This document shows positions 51,370 through 63,835 of a stretch of 64,000 nt of DNA, piece after piece. The stretch is from Octopus vulgaris (lineage: Eukaryota). The notes beneath the pieces are model-generated. The model did no database searches, had not been told where the DNA came from, and saw nothing but the letters and a program-made list of their open reading frames with translations. The position numbers and the translations under genes are program-made. Within the stretch, counting starts at the first letter, position 1. Each line of letters starts with the position of its first letter. Location of the stretch: NCBI GenBank assembly GCA_951406725.2, contig OX597815.1, forward strand, positions 18,104,001 to 18,168,000, in the 5' to 3' direction.

Positions 51370-52995
51370 ATGCACTTAACTCTCTTCTTAAATTTTCAAT
51401 AGTCATATCATCTGCAGTAAAGTTCCCAGCTGGAACGGAATTCCAGAGGAACGCTCTGGGAATGAAGGACCGGGCGTAGTGATTAGTGCAAGTCCTGGAA
51501 CGGTTGTACGAAACAAAGTTAATAAGAGAAGGTAAGCCGACAGTGAAAGAAATGCCTGGGTGGAAATGGCATGAGCACAGTGAACATCAAGAAGCAGGGG
51601 TTAGTATAGCAGCGGTAGAAAAATTAGAGAGAAAGGAGGTTGTTTACTAGTGGGCCAAACACGGGAGCATGTAAATCAGTTGCCTGCACATTTTTTGGAT
51701 GTACTCTTGGATTTCTGTGTGTGCAGTAGCTCTGTCCAAAATGTGAGAGCAATACCCCACTAAAGGCTTCACCTAAGCCTTATAGAGTGTCAATAATTGC
51801 TGAGGGCCAGTCGTTAAGATTCGATATTTACTATGTTAATGATGTGTTTTCGTTAGTATAGATCCTCAGTGATAAATGGAACAACTGTTGGGGCTTTAGC
51901 TGATTAATACTCTTGATTAAGTGGAGGCGCAATGGCCCTGTGGTTAAGGTAGCGTTTTCGCGGTTGTAGGATCGCAGTTTCGATTCCCAGACCAGGCATT
52001 GTGAGTGTTTATTGAGCGAAAACACCTAAATCTCCACGAGTCTCCGGCAGGGGGTGGTGGTGAACCCTGCTGTACTCTTTCACCACAACTTTCTCTCACT
52101 CTTTCTTCCTGTTTCTGTTGTACCTGCATTTCAAAGGGCCAGCCTTGTCACACTCTGTGTCATGCTGAATCTCCCCGAGAACTACGTTAAGGGTACACAT
52201 GTCTGTGGAGTGCTCAGCCACTTGCACGTTACTAAATGAGCTGTGACGTCACTGGTGCCAAGCTGTATCGGCCCCTTTGCCTTTCCCTCAGATAACATCG
52301 GTGGCGTGGAGAGGGGAGGCTGGTATGCGTAGGCGACTGCTGGTCTTCCATAAACAACCTTGCGCAGACTTGTGCCTCGGAGGGTAACTTTCTAGGTGCA
52401 ATTCCATGGTCATTCATGACCGAAGGGGGTCACAAGAATCACAACTCTTGATTAAGGGAAGTGTGGTACGATGATGTTCTATTGACAGGAGTAGCGTCTT
52501 TGTCATCTTATTGAAAGAAACAACGTTGGCATATTCCCTTTGAGGGATGCTTTCGGGGTCATTGCTCATGGAGTAGCGTCTGGTTTCTAGATTGCCAGTG
52601 GATAATGCATTATTCGCGAATGTTGGGAAAGAGTGAAGGATAGTATCTTCTGTGAAAGCGTGAGCTTTGTCAGATGTGTTGCCGATTATTTGGCACCACA
52701 TCTAACAACGATTGCCATTTTTTGTATATAAGAAAGAAAGTGGGATAAGATTCAGAACCTTGGGATACACCAGAGTTGAGAGCATTAAAGACAAAACAAG
52801 GTTTGTCGATACACACGGCCATAGTGCAACTTCATATGAAACTACCGATCTAAGAGATGACAGACCAGTGAAGTCCACTGGCAAGGGAATTTCATTTGGG
52901 CTTCCGCATGCCAGATAATTTTGGAAGAATGGCTGATGTCGAGGACAAAAGGATGGCTTTCAGCAAATTCCTCTAAGTCAAGACCACACTAGTGG
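51370..52995 (-). pseudogene. Degraded LINE ORF2 (L2/Jockey-like RT and C-terminus), interrupted by SINE-C
   Basis: GVSQGS..PTFFL, HAFTEDTILH (decayed YADD), YKA*VKPLVGYCSHI and YARSFIPR..LWNS motifs. Confidence 0.75.
51923..52431 (+). mobile_element. SINE family C, variant with a different 3' half
   Basis: First ~190 bp match the copy starting at 1279; the 3' part differs and ends catgaccgaagggggtc. Confidence 0.85.
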
Positions 52996-53237
52996 GTGAC
53001 AAATGAGAGTAGGTCATCGGTCGATCTGGCTCTACTGGTCCATGCGCGCGTGTGTGTGATGTATATGCATACATTCAGACACACACACACACACACACAC
53101 ACACGCACGCACATATGCAGGAGAAAGCGCATAAAATGTTACATGAGCACTCAGCTCTGGATGCACACTTGTTACAGAAATTGTTGTAAATTAATGAAAA
53201 TGATTTTATAACTCCTGTTCTTTTGTCATACACTTAT

Positions 53238-53238
53238 G

Positions 53239-53295
<57 letters not shown>

Positions 53296-53501
53296 ATATC
53301 CCCCCTCTCTCTCCCTGTCTCTCTGTCTTTCTCTCTCTCTACTTACATACATACATACATGCATGCATGCATACATACATACATACATACATACATACAT
53401 ACATACATACATACATACATACATGCATGCATACATACATACATACATACATACATACATACATACATACATACATACATACATACACATATATATATAT
53501 A
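53238..53501. repeat. (TCTA)n/(CT)n/(CATA)n microsatellite
   Basis: Direct reading. Confidence 0.97.
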
Positions 53502-54944
53502 TAAGATCGGCAAAATTTAGATTCAGATGAATATGGTACTTAAGTTAAAGGCCCCAGAATTTGGTATGGTATTATCCATATAAATCAAATGAGGGTGATT
53601 GTAATCAAAATAAGCAACAAGGATATCTAAGGTAGTGTAGTACAATCGTTTCATGCTACTTCATTTTATTAAACAATGTATTACATCAGTTTAAAAATGT
53701 AAAGCAATCTTCAGCCACATAGAATTTTTTATATACATACATACAAAGAGAGAAAGAGAGAAAGAGCGAGATAACAAACATACAAAGAGGGAGATAACTG
53801 ATATAATCACTGAAGGTAGTCACAGATATTTTCTATACAAATTTACCTTGCGAATTAAAAATTTTGAGTTTACTGATATAAAACTGTGAAATATTTTTGA
53901 TTTCCTGATCGTTGTTTTGTCTGGAGAACACCAAATTCACTGCAGTGTCACCTGTCACATTCATTTTTCATTAAACACATCGACATCGAATGGAACCATT
54001 TGAATCATGCTTGGGAATAAGTGTTTTCCGATGGCTATATTGATTAGCAATGGATTTAGTGACTTTTGTATGGGATATAACAGGAAATCTATGATGCTCT
54101 TGCCTCCGTAGTTATTTGTAGTTCATGCAGTTAATGAATGCCATAGCGTCTCACCATGTTTGCTGTTTGAATTAGAGACACACAATCAGACGAAATTTCA
54201 TTTATACATACATTGTTCAGGATGGTGAAATAAACATTAGTTTTATATTTTTGTAAAAAAAAAAAAAAAAAAAAATATGCTTTTACATCAGAAACAGGAA
54301 AATACGTTCTATAAGTTAATTTATGATTGTTCCTTCATTAATGATATCATGTACGTGTTAGCTGTTTTTTTTTTCATTTTACATTCAAATCATACGATAT
54401 AAAGGTTTAATTTACAATTATGCTGGTTCATATTTTTGCTTGTCTGTTGACGTCAAAAGGTAATTGCGTTACATGCTTGTTCGTAAGTAGTAAAAAAACA
54501 GAATCTTAATAATGGCAGCTGTTGCATGCGTGTTGATTTGATTCAAGACATTAGTTAGTTAACGCTAATATAACGATGGAAGGAAGGACTATCCGCCATC
54601 GAGAGATTATGATGTAAATGTGTAGGCATATAGGAATATGAATGCCGAATTATGATGCTGATATAAAGTAAGTTAATTTGATATTTGAGATATTTAGCTT
54701 TGTATTTTAAAAAGTTGAACTACTTTAAATGAATCCAATTTCTTAAGTTACGGAGGCATTTTACGTCGAATATTGAATAAGAAACAAACTCTGATTCATC
54801 TCCATTCCATATATGCCACTCTCTTTGTGACATATTCTCTGTCAAAACAGTATTTCTAGGAGAAAAAGTGAAAGAAAAATAAAACAGAATATACTATGCT
54901 TTAAAAATATCCAATTAGCCAAAGGTTTAATCATTAGCAAAATA

Positions 54945-55202
54945 CAGTAATCTCTCGCCCTATTGCAGTTCACCTATCACGGGTCACCTATCACAGTTCA
55001 CCTATCACGGTTCACCTATCGGGGTTTATTATTTAAGCTTACGTCGATTCATCCGTGGTGTTGTTTTGCATTTATAATAAAATAAATATATACAAATTAT
55101 AAAAATAAAAAAAAACAGTACAGTACTGTTTCTACTTTGCAGATTTTCACCTATCGCTGTGGGTTTTGGAACGTAACACGCGTAATAGTCGAATGACTAT
55201 TG
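54945..55202. mobile_element. Tigger/pogo-like MITE, copy 2
   Basis: TA|CAGTAATCTCTCG...GAATGACTATTG|TA; internal TCACCTATCAC repeats. Confidence 0.75.
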
Positions 55203-55660
55203 TACAAGTACTTGTTCATATTTGCGTAAAGATGACGTTGTATCCAATTTGTCTCTAATAATCCGACAATGTTTTTTTCATTAAAAATTCATTCCCGTTT
55301 GTAAGTCAATTTAAGGTAGTAGTTTTCGATATTATTAGGAATTTTATGAAGAACGAAAAGAAATTTTCATGACAGTGGTTATCATACAAAAAATACAGCA
55401 TTATTGTACTTTTATAATGCAGTTTAGGTAGTGTTATCTTCTAAAATAATATTTTGGTATTTTGGGAAACATTTATTCGATTGCATTTGTAAGTCGTGAT
55501 GTCACCACAAAGTTTAAACAATAATTATCCCGAAAACTCCGAGTACTTGATTTTCTTTTCAAGACTGCACTGTATGAAGAAACGGAAAAACGAGATTCAC
55601 TTGGAAATCGAAATCTAATTCAGTTATATAAAAGCTTTTTAAAAGAAACGTTATGAATAC

Positions 55661-56078
55661 CTATTTCTTTACTACCCACAAGGGGCTAAACACAGAGAGG
55701 ACAAACAAGGACAGACAAACGGATTAAGTCGATTATATCGACCCCAGTGCGTAACTGGTACTTAATTTATCGACCCCGAAAGGATGAAAGGCAAAGTCGA
55801 CCTCGACGGAATTTGAACTCAGAACGTAGCAGCAGACGAAATACCTATTTCTTTACTACCCACAAGGGGCTAAACACAGAGAGGACAAACAAGGACAGAC
55901 AAACGGATTAAGTCGATCATATCGACCCCAGTGCGTAACTAGTACTTATTTAATCGACCCCGAAAGAATGAAAGGCAAAGTTGACCTCGGCGGAATTTGA
56001 ACTCAGAACGTAACGGCAGATGAAATACCGCTTAGCATTTCGCCCGGCGTGCTAACGTTTCTGCCAGCTCGTCGCCCT
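55661..56078 (-). mobile_element. SINE family B dimer
   Basis: Two units; the tail is followed by GGTATT. Confidence 0.9.
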
Positions 56079-57036
56079 CAACATTCCATACCACATCAGT
56101 ACTTTTAATTAATATTTTTGATGCTCTATATTAAATTTTTCTAATATCTATGTAGCTGTTGATTTTCTTATGGAGGGCGTCACTGAGTAATTAATCTCAA
56201 TGATTTGTTTTTAACGGTTAAGTGATTGCATCTATTCTCGCAGTACTTACGTTTTGAGGTCGTTTCTCAAAGATTTCTCCCTTAGCTATTGTCCTCAAGA
56301 GGGTAAAACTACAACGAAAGGGTTTAAACCAGGTATGGGCCGACATGGGTGAGCATTGGGCTGCATGTGCCGCAGCAATAAAATATTCGAGGTAATTTTT
56401 CGTTGAAGGTACCTCAACCATTTTTACTGCAGAAGTTTATGCGCGTAAGCATCTGATTTAGAAGTAGGGAACAATTGTCATTTTTCTTCGGAGAGAAGAT
56501 TTTTCAATAATAAAAAAACTGAGGTTTTGTTATAATATCATTACTGATGGTAGTGTGTTTAACACAGGCTGCTGCCGGGATACATTACAGAATAACTACA
56601 ATGAAAAAAAAATGACTTCATGGAAGATCAGTGTATTAAATACGAATACCTGTATGATCCATATATTGAAAAAAAAATTGGATATCTTCATATTCTGTGT
56701 ATCAAAATTTTAGTAAAATTATATATTTTTCCCAGGTGTACATTTATCAATCTAAACATTTTTATTGGACACTGTTAAACTGAAATATAACGTTAATATA
56801 AAAATACACAAAAAAGTAGTAAGAATTGTTTTTAATTTATTCATTTGACTATTCAAAGAAAAGAAAAAGAAAAAGAAAAATCAAAAGTAACGTTTCCCGT
56901 TTCTAAAGCAAGAGATTTTTATACGTGTGGTCTTCCTTATTGAAAATCGTCAATGGTTTAAAATGCTGAAAACGTTACCTTCAATAAAAGGTTACTAAGC
57001 TCAAGAAACGTACTTAATTAACGTTTTATATGTATA

Positions 57037-57432
57037 CTAGCAGTATCGCCCGGCGTTGCTTGGGTTTGTAAGGGAAATAACTATATAAGCAATTTTAGAG
57101 AGTTATAGCTAAAAAATAGCAAAAAAATGCATTAAAAATGGAAAAAAATGATGGTAAATTTTTTTTAAATCGTTGACTCATCGTAGACATTTTTAGAGAG
57201 TTACTTCCCTTATATAATAGCGAAAAAATGCATTAAAATGGAAAAAAATGATGATAAATTATTTTTAAAATCGTAGACTGATCGTAGACGCGCGCTAATA
57301 CCCAGAAGGGCTCGATATGAATCACGACTATAAGATACCCCCTTTTGGTTACACTGTACCGCAAAATGTGGGAGTAGTTAGGAATCTAAATCGTAGGAGA
57401 CAGACACACAACTTGACTTTTATATATAAAGA
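57037..57432 (-). mobile_element. Non-autonomous Helitron-like element
   Basis: A|TCTTTATATATAAAAG...CCCAAGCAACGCCGGGCGATACTGCTAG|T; internal ~110-bp duplication. Confidence 0.82.
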
Positions 57433-57916
57433 TAGTCGAACTGTTTTAAACTACAGTCTAAAAGAAATTTCAGCCTGATTAAAGGTAAGAAACACAAAAC
57501 TCCCCCAAAAAGAAGAAATTGAAAAATAAACTAACGTCACCTGACAAGCATAACAACCAAAATGATGTGAAAAAAATGAACAACATTAACGACTAAACTA
57601 CATACAATGATTAAAAGGCTTCTTAACAAAATACAAACAAGAAACATCTTATTTATTATTCATTTGTTATTGACGTAAATAGAAATTACAAATGTTAGTA
57701 AGAATTTGGCGTTGTTTTATTTTTTAAGAATTTTCTCAATGTTTACACGTACTTCCGATACGGCAACCAGTAAACTGTCTCCGAGATGAATCTCTGTCAA
57801 TATTGAGTTAGTTTTCAACTGTTATTTTCATTCTAATAAAAAGTTGTTCATATTTTTGCGTATAACCAAACTTGGTGGTGCATCTTGTTTTATAAGCACA
57901 GTATTTTGGGGTAGTT

Positions 57917-58364
57917 GGATCTTTTCGGTTTGAACGGCAGTTTTTAACATAATTTCTAAGTAACTAAAAAATTTTAAACTTCGTATACTGGTAGAATGTG
58001 TTTATAAAACATCTTTTTCTCTCGGCTTTATTGAGAAAATTCTATAGTTTGTAAGATATTTGTTGTTTTTTTTCTTCAATTTCTGCAATTTCAACCAATC
58101 AATTACGTCCATTGAGGTAAAATCATTCTGTGCCGTATGAATATGTCCCTCGTTTAAGAAACAGATTGGGTTTATTTACATTTGTGAAGAAAAAAAGATA
58201 CCCTCCCCCCTAACACTAACCCTAACACTAACCCTAACTAAACCTAACTAAACCTAACTCTAAAACAGATTGAAATGCAATAGATCGATACTAGGGTCAT
58301 AATTATGGGTGACAATTTCATATGACACCGCTAAAAAAAACTGCCGTTCAAATCGAAAAGATCC
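57917..58364. mobile_element. Merlin-like MITE, copy 3
   Basis: Same TIRs; TSD GGGT(A/G)GTT. Confidence 0.9.
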
Positions 58365-58648
58365 GGGTGGTTTACTTCAGAATGATTTCCATAAAAATTC
58401 GTTTTTGAATTTTTGCCTAAAAAATTAATCACTCTGAAGTTCAATTATTTCCATTTGCAGTTCCTTTTGTGCGTTACATGAATTTCTAAAAAGGTTAAAA
58501 TTAGTTTCTCTAGTTTTGAAGTTCTTAAATCTGGTGTTCGGTTCTTATTTCAACTTACTGAACTCAGCAAAGCCATTGTATCTTGACTCCTTAGTGTTGG
58601 GGAAATAGAAAGTGTCGCTAGTTCTGAGTTGATCTGAAATTTTGATTC

Positions 58649-59221
58649 TGTTATATCGCAATACTACACAGTGGCTGTGTGAGCTACGAAATCCTCGTCA
58701 CCACTGCTATGTCGCACGTTCGGATGACCTCTACTCAACTCGACTCTCTACTCCAATCTACTCTGTTCTAGTCTACCCGCTACTCAACTGTTCTCTGCTA
58801 CTCTACTCGGTTTCTTTTTAGCCACAAGGGTCCAAATATAGAGGGGGACAAACAAGGACAGACAGGACACCACTGAGAAGACAATACATAGAACGAATAT
58901 GATGAGATGGTTATACAATAAAGGGGTTATGAATGGCCCCTCATCACATGCGCCCCTCATCACATGCGCCCCTCATCACATGCATTACCATTAATCTTTT
59001 TAAACTGTCCGTTTTTATCATGTGTTTACATAACAATTAATTATCGTCTACCATTACAATTATTTGAACCATTATACGTTCTCTAAAATTGTTCTTCTAT
59101 TTTCCGCTATTCTCTGCTACTCTACTCGACTCTAGTCTGCTCTTCTCGACGTCTTGACTTCTCCCTCTATATCTACGTATTGGGCTAGTCTACTTCATCG
59201 TCTGGGGTCGTCCCCACAACA
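58649..59221. mobile_element. Probable solo LTR (TGTT...AACA, 5-bp TSD, BEL/Pao-like)
   Basis: Termini TGTTAT / CAACA; flanks GATTC / GTTTC; CTCTA-rich interior; interrupts the hAT ORF. Confidence 0.5.
58810..59109 (-). mobile_element. 5'-truncated retroposon 3' end sharing the SINE-B tail
   Basis: 19-bp flanking repeat TTCTCTGCTACTCTACTCG (58791-58809 and 59110-59128); tail GTCTGTCCTTGTTTGTCCCCCTCTAT...CCCTTGTGGCTAAAAAGAAA. Confidence 0.65.
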
Positions 59222-59541
59222 GTTTCAAAAGTTTCGACATGACAACATCTAATGTATCAACTGATTCTGCTTTTGCAGTTGTGATATTTATAAGAAATAA
59301 AAAGGTCAGTCACAAATTCAGTTTTCATTCTTCAGATCTGGGAAAATTAACCCTTTATTTCTAAGAAGGCGCACACCTCTTCTCTAAGACTATAAACCCG
59401 TCGAAGCATCTCCCCATTACTGAGTCAGCGAACAGTAGTAAACAGGATCACCATACTCTGATCCAAGTTCTTCGAAGAACTCTTTAAACCGGTGAAGGTT
59501 AAGTGCTCGGGATTTTATAAAAATTTATAAAAGTTTACGTA

Positions 59542-60063
59542 CCGTAAATCTTCGAGTATAGTCCGCCCTTGAGATTAATACGCAGGGGATTTTTAGAGGG
59601 CTGTACATCTGAAAAACCTAAACTTTGTGTATAATACGCACCCTTTCTCTAACTTGAGCCGTGCGTAATTAAGCCAGCAGCACCTAGTCGAACAAGCACT
59701 TCCGCGCATGCGTAATACAATAATGGTGATGTTCTTAACTGTTATATGGGAATGTAAATATGTTTGCAAATTGTTTTTGTTACATGTTATTCTGTGTTCT
59801 GAATACTTTTATTTTAATAAATGTTGCTTACTGCAAGTTATGGATGATTCTTTTATGACTTCATTGCTTTCAGGCTTAGCTTAAGGTATTTTCGCGCCCG
59901 ACATCACAAAATGCGTCTGAATAAACATTGCCGGACAGCAAATAGAAACTCGGACATTGCTTAGAAAATATTTTTCATTTTTAACCTCGTATATAGTACG
60001 CACTAGAGATTTTGACCTTTAAATTTTGGGAAAAAAGTGCGGATTATACTCGGAGATTTACGG
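59542..60063. mobile_element. Tc1/mariner-superfamily MITE (CCGTA termini, TA TSD)
   Basis: TA|CCGTAAATCTTCGAGTATAGTCCGC ... GCGGATTATACTCGGAGATTTACGG|TA. Confidence 0.85.
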
Positions 60064-60715
60064 TATAACATTTTCAAATTTTATAGACTTTGCATATAAA
60101 TTTTCTTGATGAATTATGCAATGAGTCGTTGCAAAGTCACTTTATTGAATTCAAAGAAGTTCATTCGTCTTTTTATTTGGATAGAAAACCTTTCTTAGGT
60201 CCAGCCATTGTTGGGGCCTCATCTGTTGCGACACTAAAGAGTTTTTCAAGCGGAAGAATTAATTTTCTTCATTTCTTCTTTAATTTTATAACATATAATG
60301 TTGCCTTCATTGTCTGAGCTGTAAGTTTTTCGATAATATTAATTGATTCATCAATATCACGTACGAAAATGCCAGATGAGCCGAATCGGATACTTTGTGC
60401 TTTCGTCAATAGCCAGTAAAAAAGAATAAAATTCTCGATATCCGTCGATAGCCAGTGAGAGATAATTAAATTCTCAATATCTGTCGCAATTTCTTCAGCT
60501 CATCTTATTACTGTTCTGCGAGACAAGCTAATCTTGCCAAACATATTTAACTTTTTCGGGCATAAAAGTTCAGACACTGTCGAAAGACATAATTTCACAA
60601 ATTCAGCGTTGGCTTAACTGTTTTGAATGTTTAACGAGCTTTTTCCCCCCAGCAACAGAGTTTGCATGTAAAATTTCTTCGGATCCTTCTTGGCTTTTAG
60701 AAAAAAATCGTATAA

Positions 60716-61460
60716 AGGCGGCGAGCTGGCAGAAACGTTAGCACGCCGGGCGAAATGCTTAGCGGTATTTCGGCTGCCGCTACGTTCTGGGTTCAAATTC
60801 CGCCGAGGTCGACTTTGCCTTTCATCCTTTCGGGGTCGATAAATTAAGTACCAGTTACGCACTGTGGTCGATATAATCGACTTAATCCGTTTGTCTGTCC
60901 TTGTTTGTCCTCTCTGTGTTTAGCCCCTTCTGGGTAGTAAAGAAATAGGTATTTCGTCTGCCGTTACGTTCCACCGAGGTCGACTTTGCCTTTCATCCTT
61001 TCGGGGTCGATAAATTAAGTACCAGTTACGCACTGTGGTCGATATAATCGACTTAATCCGTTTGTCTGTCCTTGTTTGTCCTCTCTGTGTTTAGCCCCTT
61101 CTGGGTAGTAAAGAAATAGGTATTTCGTCTGCCGTTACGTTCCACCGAGGTCGACTTTGCCTTTCATCCTTTCGGGGTCGATAAATTAAGTACCAGTTAC
61201 GCACTGGGGTCGATATAATCGACTTAATCCGTTTGTCTGTCCTTGTTTGTCCTCTCTGTGTTTAGCCCCTTCTGGGTAGTAAAGAAATAGGTATTTCGTC
61301 TGCCGTTACGTTCCACCGAGGTCGACTTTGCCTTTCATCCTTTCGGGGTCGATTAAATAAGTACCAGTTACGCACTGGGGTCGATATAATCGACTTAATC
61401 CGTTTGTCTGTCCTTGTTTGTCCTCTTTGTGTTTAGCCCCTTGTGGGTAGTAAAGAAATA
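60716..61460 (+). mobile_element. SINE family B tetramer
   Basis: Head plus four units; units 2-4 share a deletion that removes the B box. Confidence 0.92.
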
Positions 61461-62141
61461 CATATTTAGGTTACCGATTTGTTTCTTGAGGGATTCGATT
61501 TCTGTTTCTAAATATCTCCCTCAAAGTTATCGTACCCACTTAAAATCAAACTATTTAAAAGAAGAGATGGATCAATAACATACTAAACACATTGGTCTTC
61601 TTTTTACTTCATCGGAAAAGTAATTATTTGCGCACTTTTCATGCAATTTTCTCATCTTTTCAGAATTTTCCCAATTTTTGGATGAAACGACGAGCTGGGA
61701 TATCAAAAATGAAATTAAAACAAACATGTTTATTATTGTTTTCATTTTCAAGTTCTGTTTCTAACGCTTGATAACTTGTGAGAATTCAGCGAGTGTAACT
61801 ATACGTGCGTATCGTGTAACGAAACTTTGGCAATAAAATTTTGTCAATCCTGTATAACAACGCTACTCGATACGCAAGTGTAGTTATAGTTACTGAATTA
61901 CCACAAGTCATTATAAACGGTGGAAACTGGAAATCAAATATTAAATCAGTAATTTTCATTCGTTGTTGTAGTGTCCTGAGATGCCAGTTTAAGGCTCATG
62001 AATTTTTGGATGGCTGCAAATAGACTCTGAGGTGCATTGAAAATAACACGGATGACTGACGGTGGCGAATATTTTTCTTGTTTTCTAATTGGTGTACCCA
62101 CAACGCAGTCGACATTAACAGGTAAGGGAGTATTTAATAGT

Positions 62142-62742
62142 AAGGCGGCGAGCTGGCAGAAACGTTAGCACGCTGGGCGAAATGCTTAGCGGCATTTCGT
62201 CTGCCGCTACGTTCTGAGTTGAAATTCCGCAGAGGTTGACTTTGTCTTTCATCCTTTCGGGGTCGATTAAATAAGTACCAATTACATACTGAGGTCGATA
62301 TAATCGACTTAATCCGTGTGTCTGTCCTTGTTTGTCCCTTCTGTGTTTAGCCTCTTGTGGGTAGTATAGAAGTAGGTATTTCGTCTGCCGCTACGTTCTG
62401 AGTTGAAATTCCGCCGAGGTCGACTTTACCTTTCATCCTTTCGGGGTCGATAAATTAAGTACCAGTTACGCACTGGGGTCGATGTAATCGACTTTATCCG
62501 TTTGTCTGTCCTCGTTTGTCCTCTCTGTGTTTAGCCTCTTGTGGGTAGTAAAGAAATAGGTATTTCGTTTGCCGTTACGTTCTGAGTTCAAATTCCGCCG
62601 AGGTCGACTTTGCCTTTCATCCTTTCGGGGTCGATTAAATAAGTACCAGTTACGCACTGGGGTCGATATAATCGACTTAATCCCTTTGTCTGTCCTTGTT
62701 TGTCCTCTCTGTGTTTAGCCCCTTGTGGGTAGTAAAGAAATA
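62142..62742 (+). mobile_element. SINE family B trimer with 21-bp TSD
   Basis: GG(T/C)AAGGGAGTATTTAATAGT at 62121-62141 and 62743-62763. Confidence 0.93.
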
Positions 62743-62785
62743 GGCAAGGGAGTATTTAATAGTTATCACCCCTCTCCAAATCCTT

Positions 62786-62786
<1 letters not shown>

Positions 62787-62857
<71 letters not shown>
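62787..62857. repeat. (GA)n microsatellite
   Basis: Direct reading. Confidence 0.98.
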
Positions 62858-62862
<5 letters not shown>

Positions 62863-63648
62863 ACGAAACAAAATTTTTATAAATGTCATTTTTCTCATGA
62901 AAGTGGGAGTACCATTCAGAAATCCAAACGGGTTGGATGCGGCTCGCGGTCCGCAATTTGCCCCCGACTGTTCTAAATCCTTATTACGATGTGCTTTATT
63001 ATTAACAAGTGCAATCTTTACACAATGCTTTGTGAAAAGATACTATTCGGAATTTGCTGGTAGAAGGATTATGATATTTACTGGAAATTCTTATAACAAA
63101 AGCAAGAATTATTAGCACTAACACAGCACTACCAATAATTCAATTATCAATGAGGAATCTGATCCAATTTGGGAAATCGATCTAACGAGTGAGTTAGACC
63201 GACATACTAGAAATAGCTCCCTAATTCACTTTAAATCGCATCCAACGACCTCAAAAAGGGCGGATAATGTACATTTTGACATCCCTCCCCTAAAATGATG
63301 AACTAGTTTGGAAGCCTTTCCTTATAGTTCTACTGAATTAGGGGGCTAGTACGGTGCCAACCCCGCCTAAAAACCAAACCAAGCCATAAGATAACAACAT
63401 TATCTATTTATCTATATTCAATAATGACTACTAAAAACAAAAATTAAATTTCGCTATTTGTGTTATCTTCTTTTTTTTTCACCGCATCGATATTTATTGG
63501 AGTTGTGATTAAACGTAAAATATATTTGTCTAAACTTAAAATATATTTGACTAAACGTAAAATATATTTGTTTATAGATTTTATGCATAAAGCGCAAACA
63601 GAAAAAAAAAATCTATAAATTCATAGATTTCTAGCGATTCTTAATCAG

Positions 63649-63650
<2 letters not shown>

Positions 63651-63728
<78 letters not shown>

Positions 63729-63756
63729 TGTACAGGCATAAAGCAAAAGTCAAACA

Positions 63757-63822
<66 letters not shown>

Positions 63823-63835
63823 TGATGATGATAAT
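63651..63835. repeat. (AAT)n microsatellites
   Basis: Direct reading. Confidence 0.98.

Larger units (their letters stand above)
57760..61690 (-). pseudogene. Fragmented hAT transposase
   Basis: RPMCLVC (N-terminal Zn), AEFVKLCL..LSRRTV, LAIDEST, ATDEAPTMAG, CIIHQENLYAK, RALNLHRFKEF..EYGD, LQMEIIELQSD, KFGYTQKYEQL..LTEIHL; many stops and frameshifts. Confidence 0.88.
56330..62970 (-). mobile_element. Decayed hAT (Charlie/GTF2IRD2-like) DNA transposon with nested insertions
   Basis: Charlie-like 5' end CAGTCGGGGGCAAATTGCGGACCGCGAGCCGC at 62970; candidate other end CAGGTATGGGC at 56330 (less certain); transposase motifs lie in order between them. Confidence 0.7.

Noticed and set aside
57760-61690. 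Domesticated GTF2IRD2/EPM2AIP1-like gene
   Set aside because: Numerous stops, frameshifts and nested insertions.
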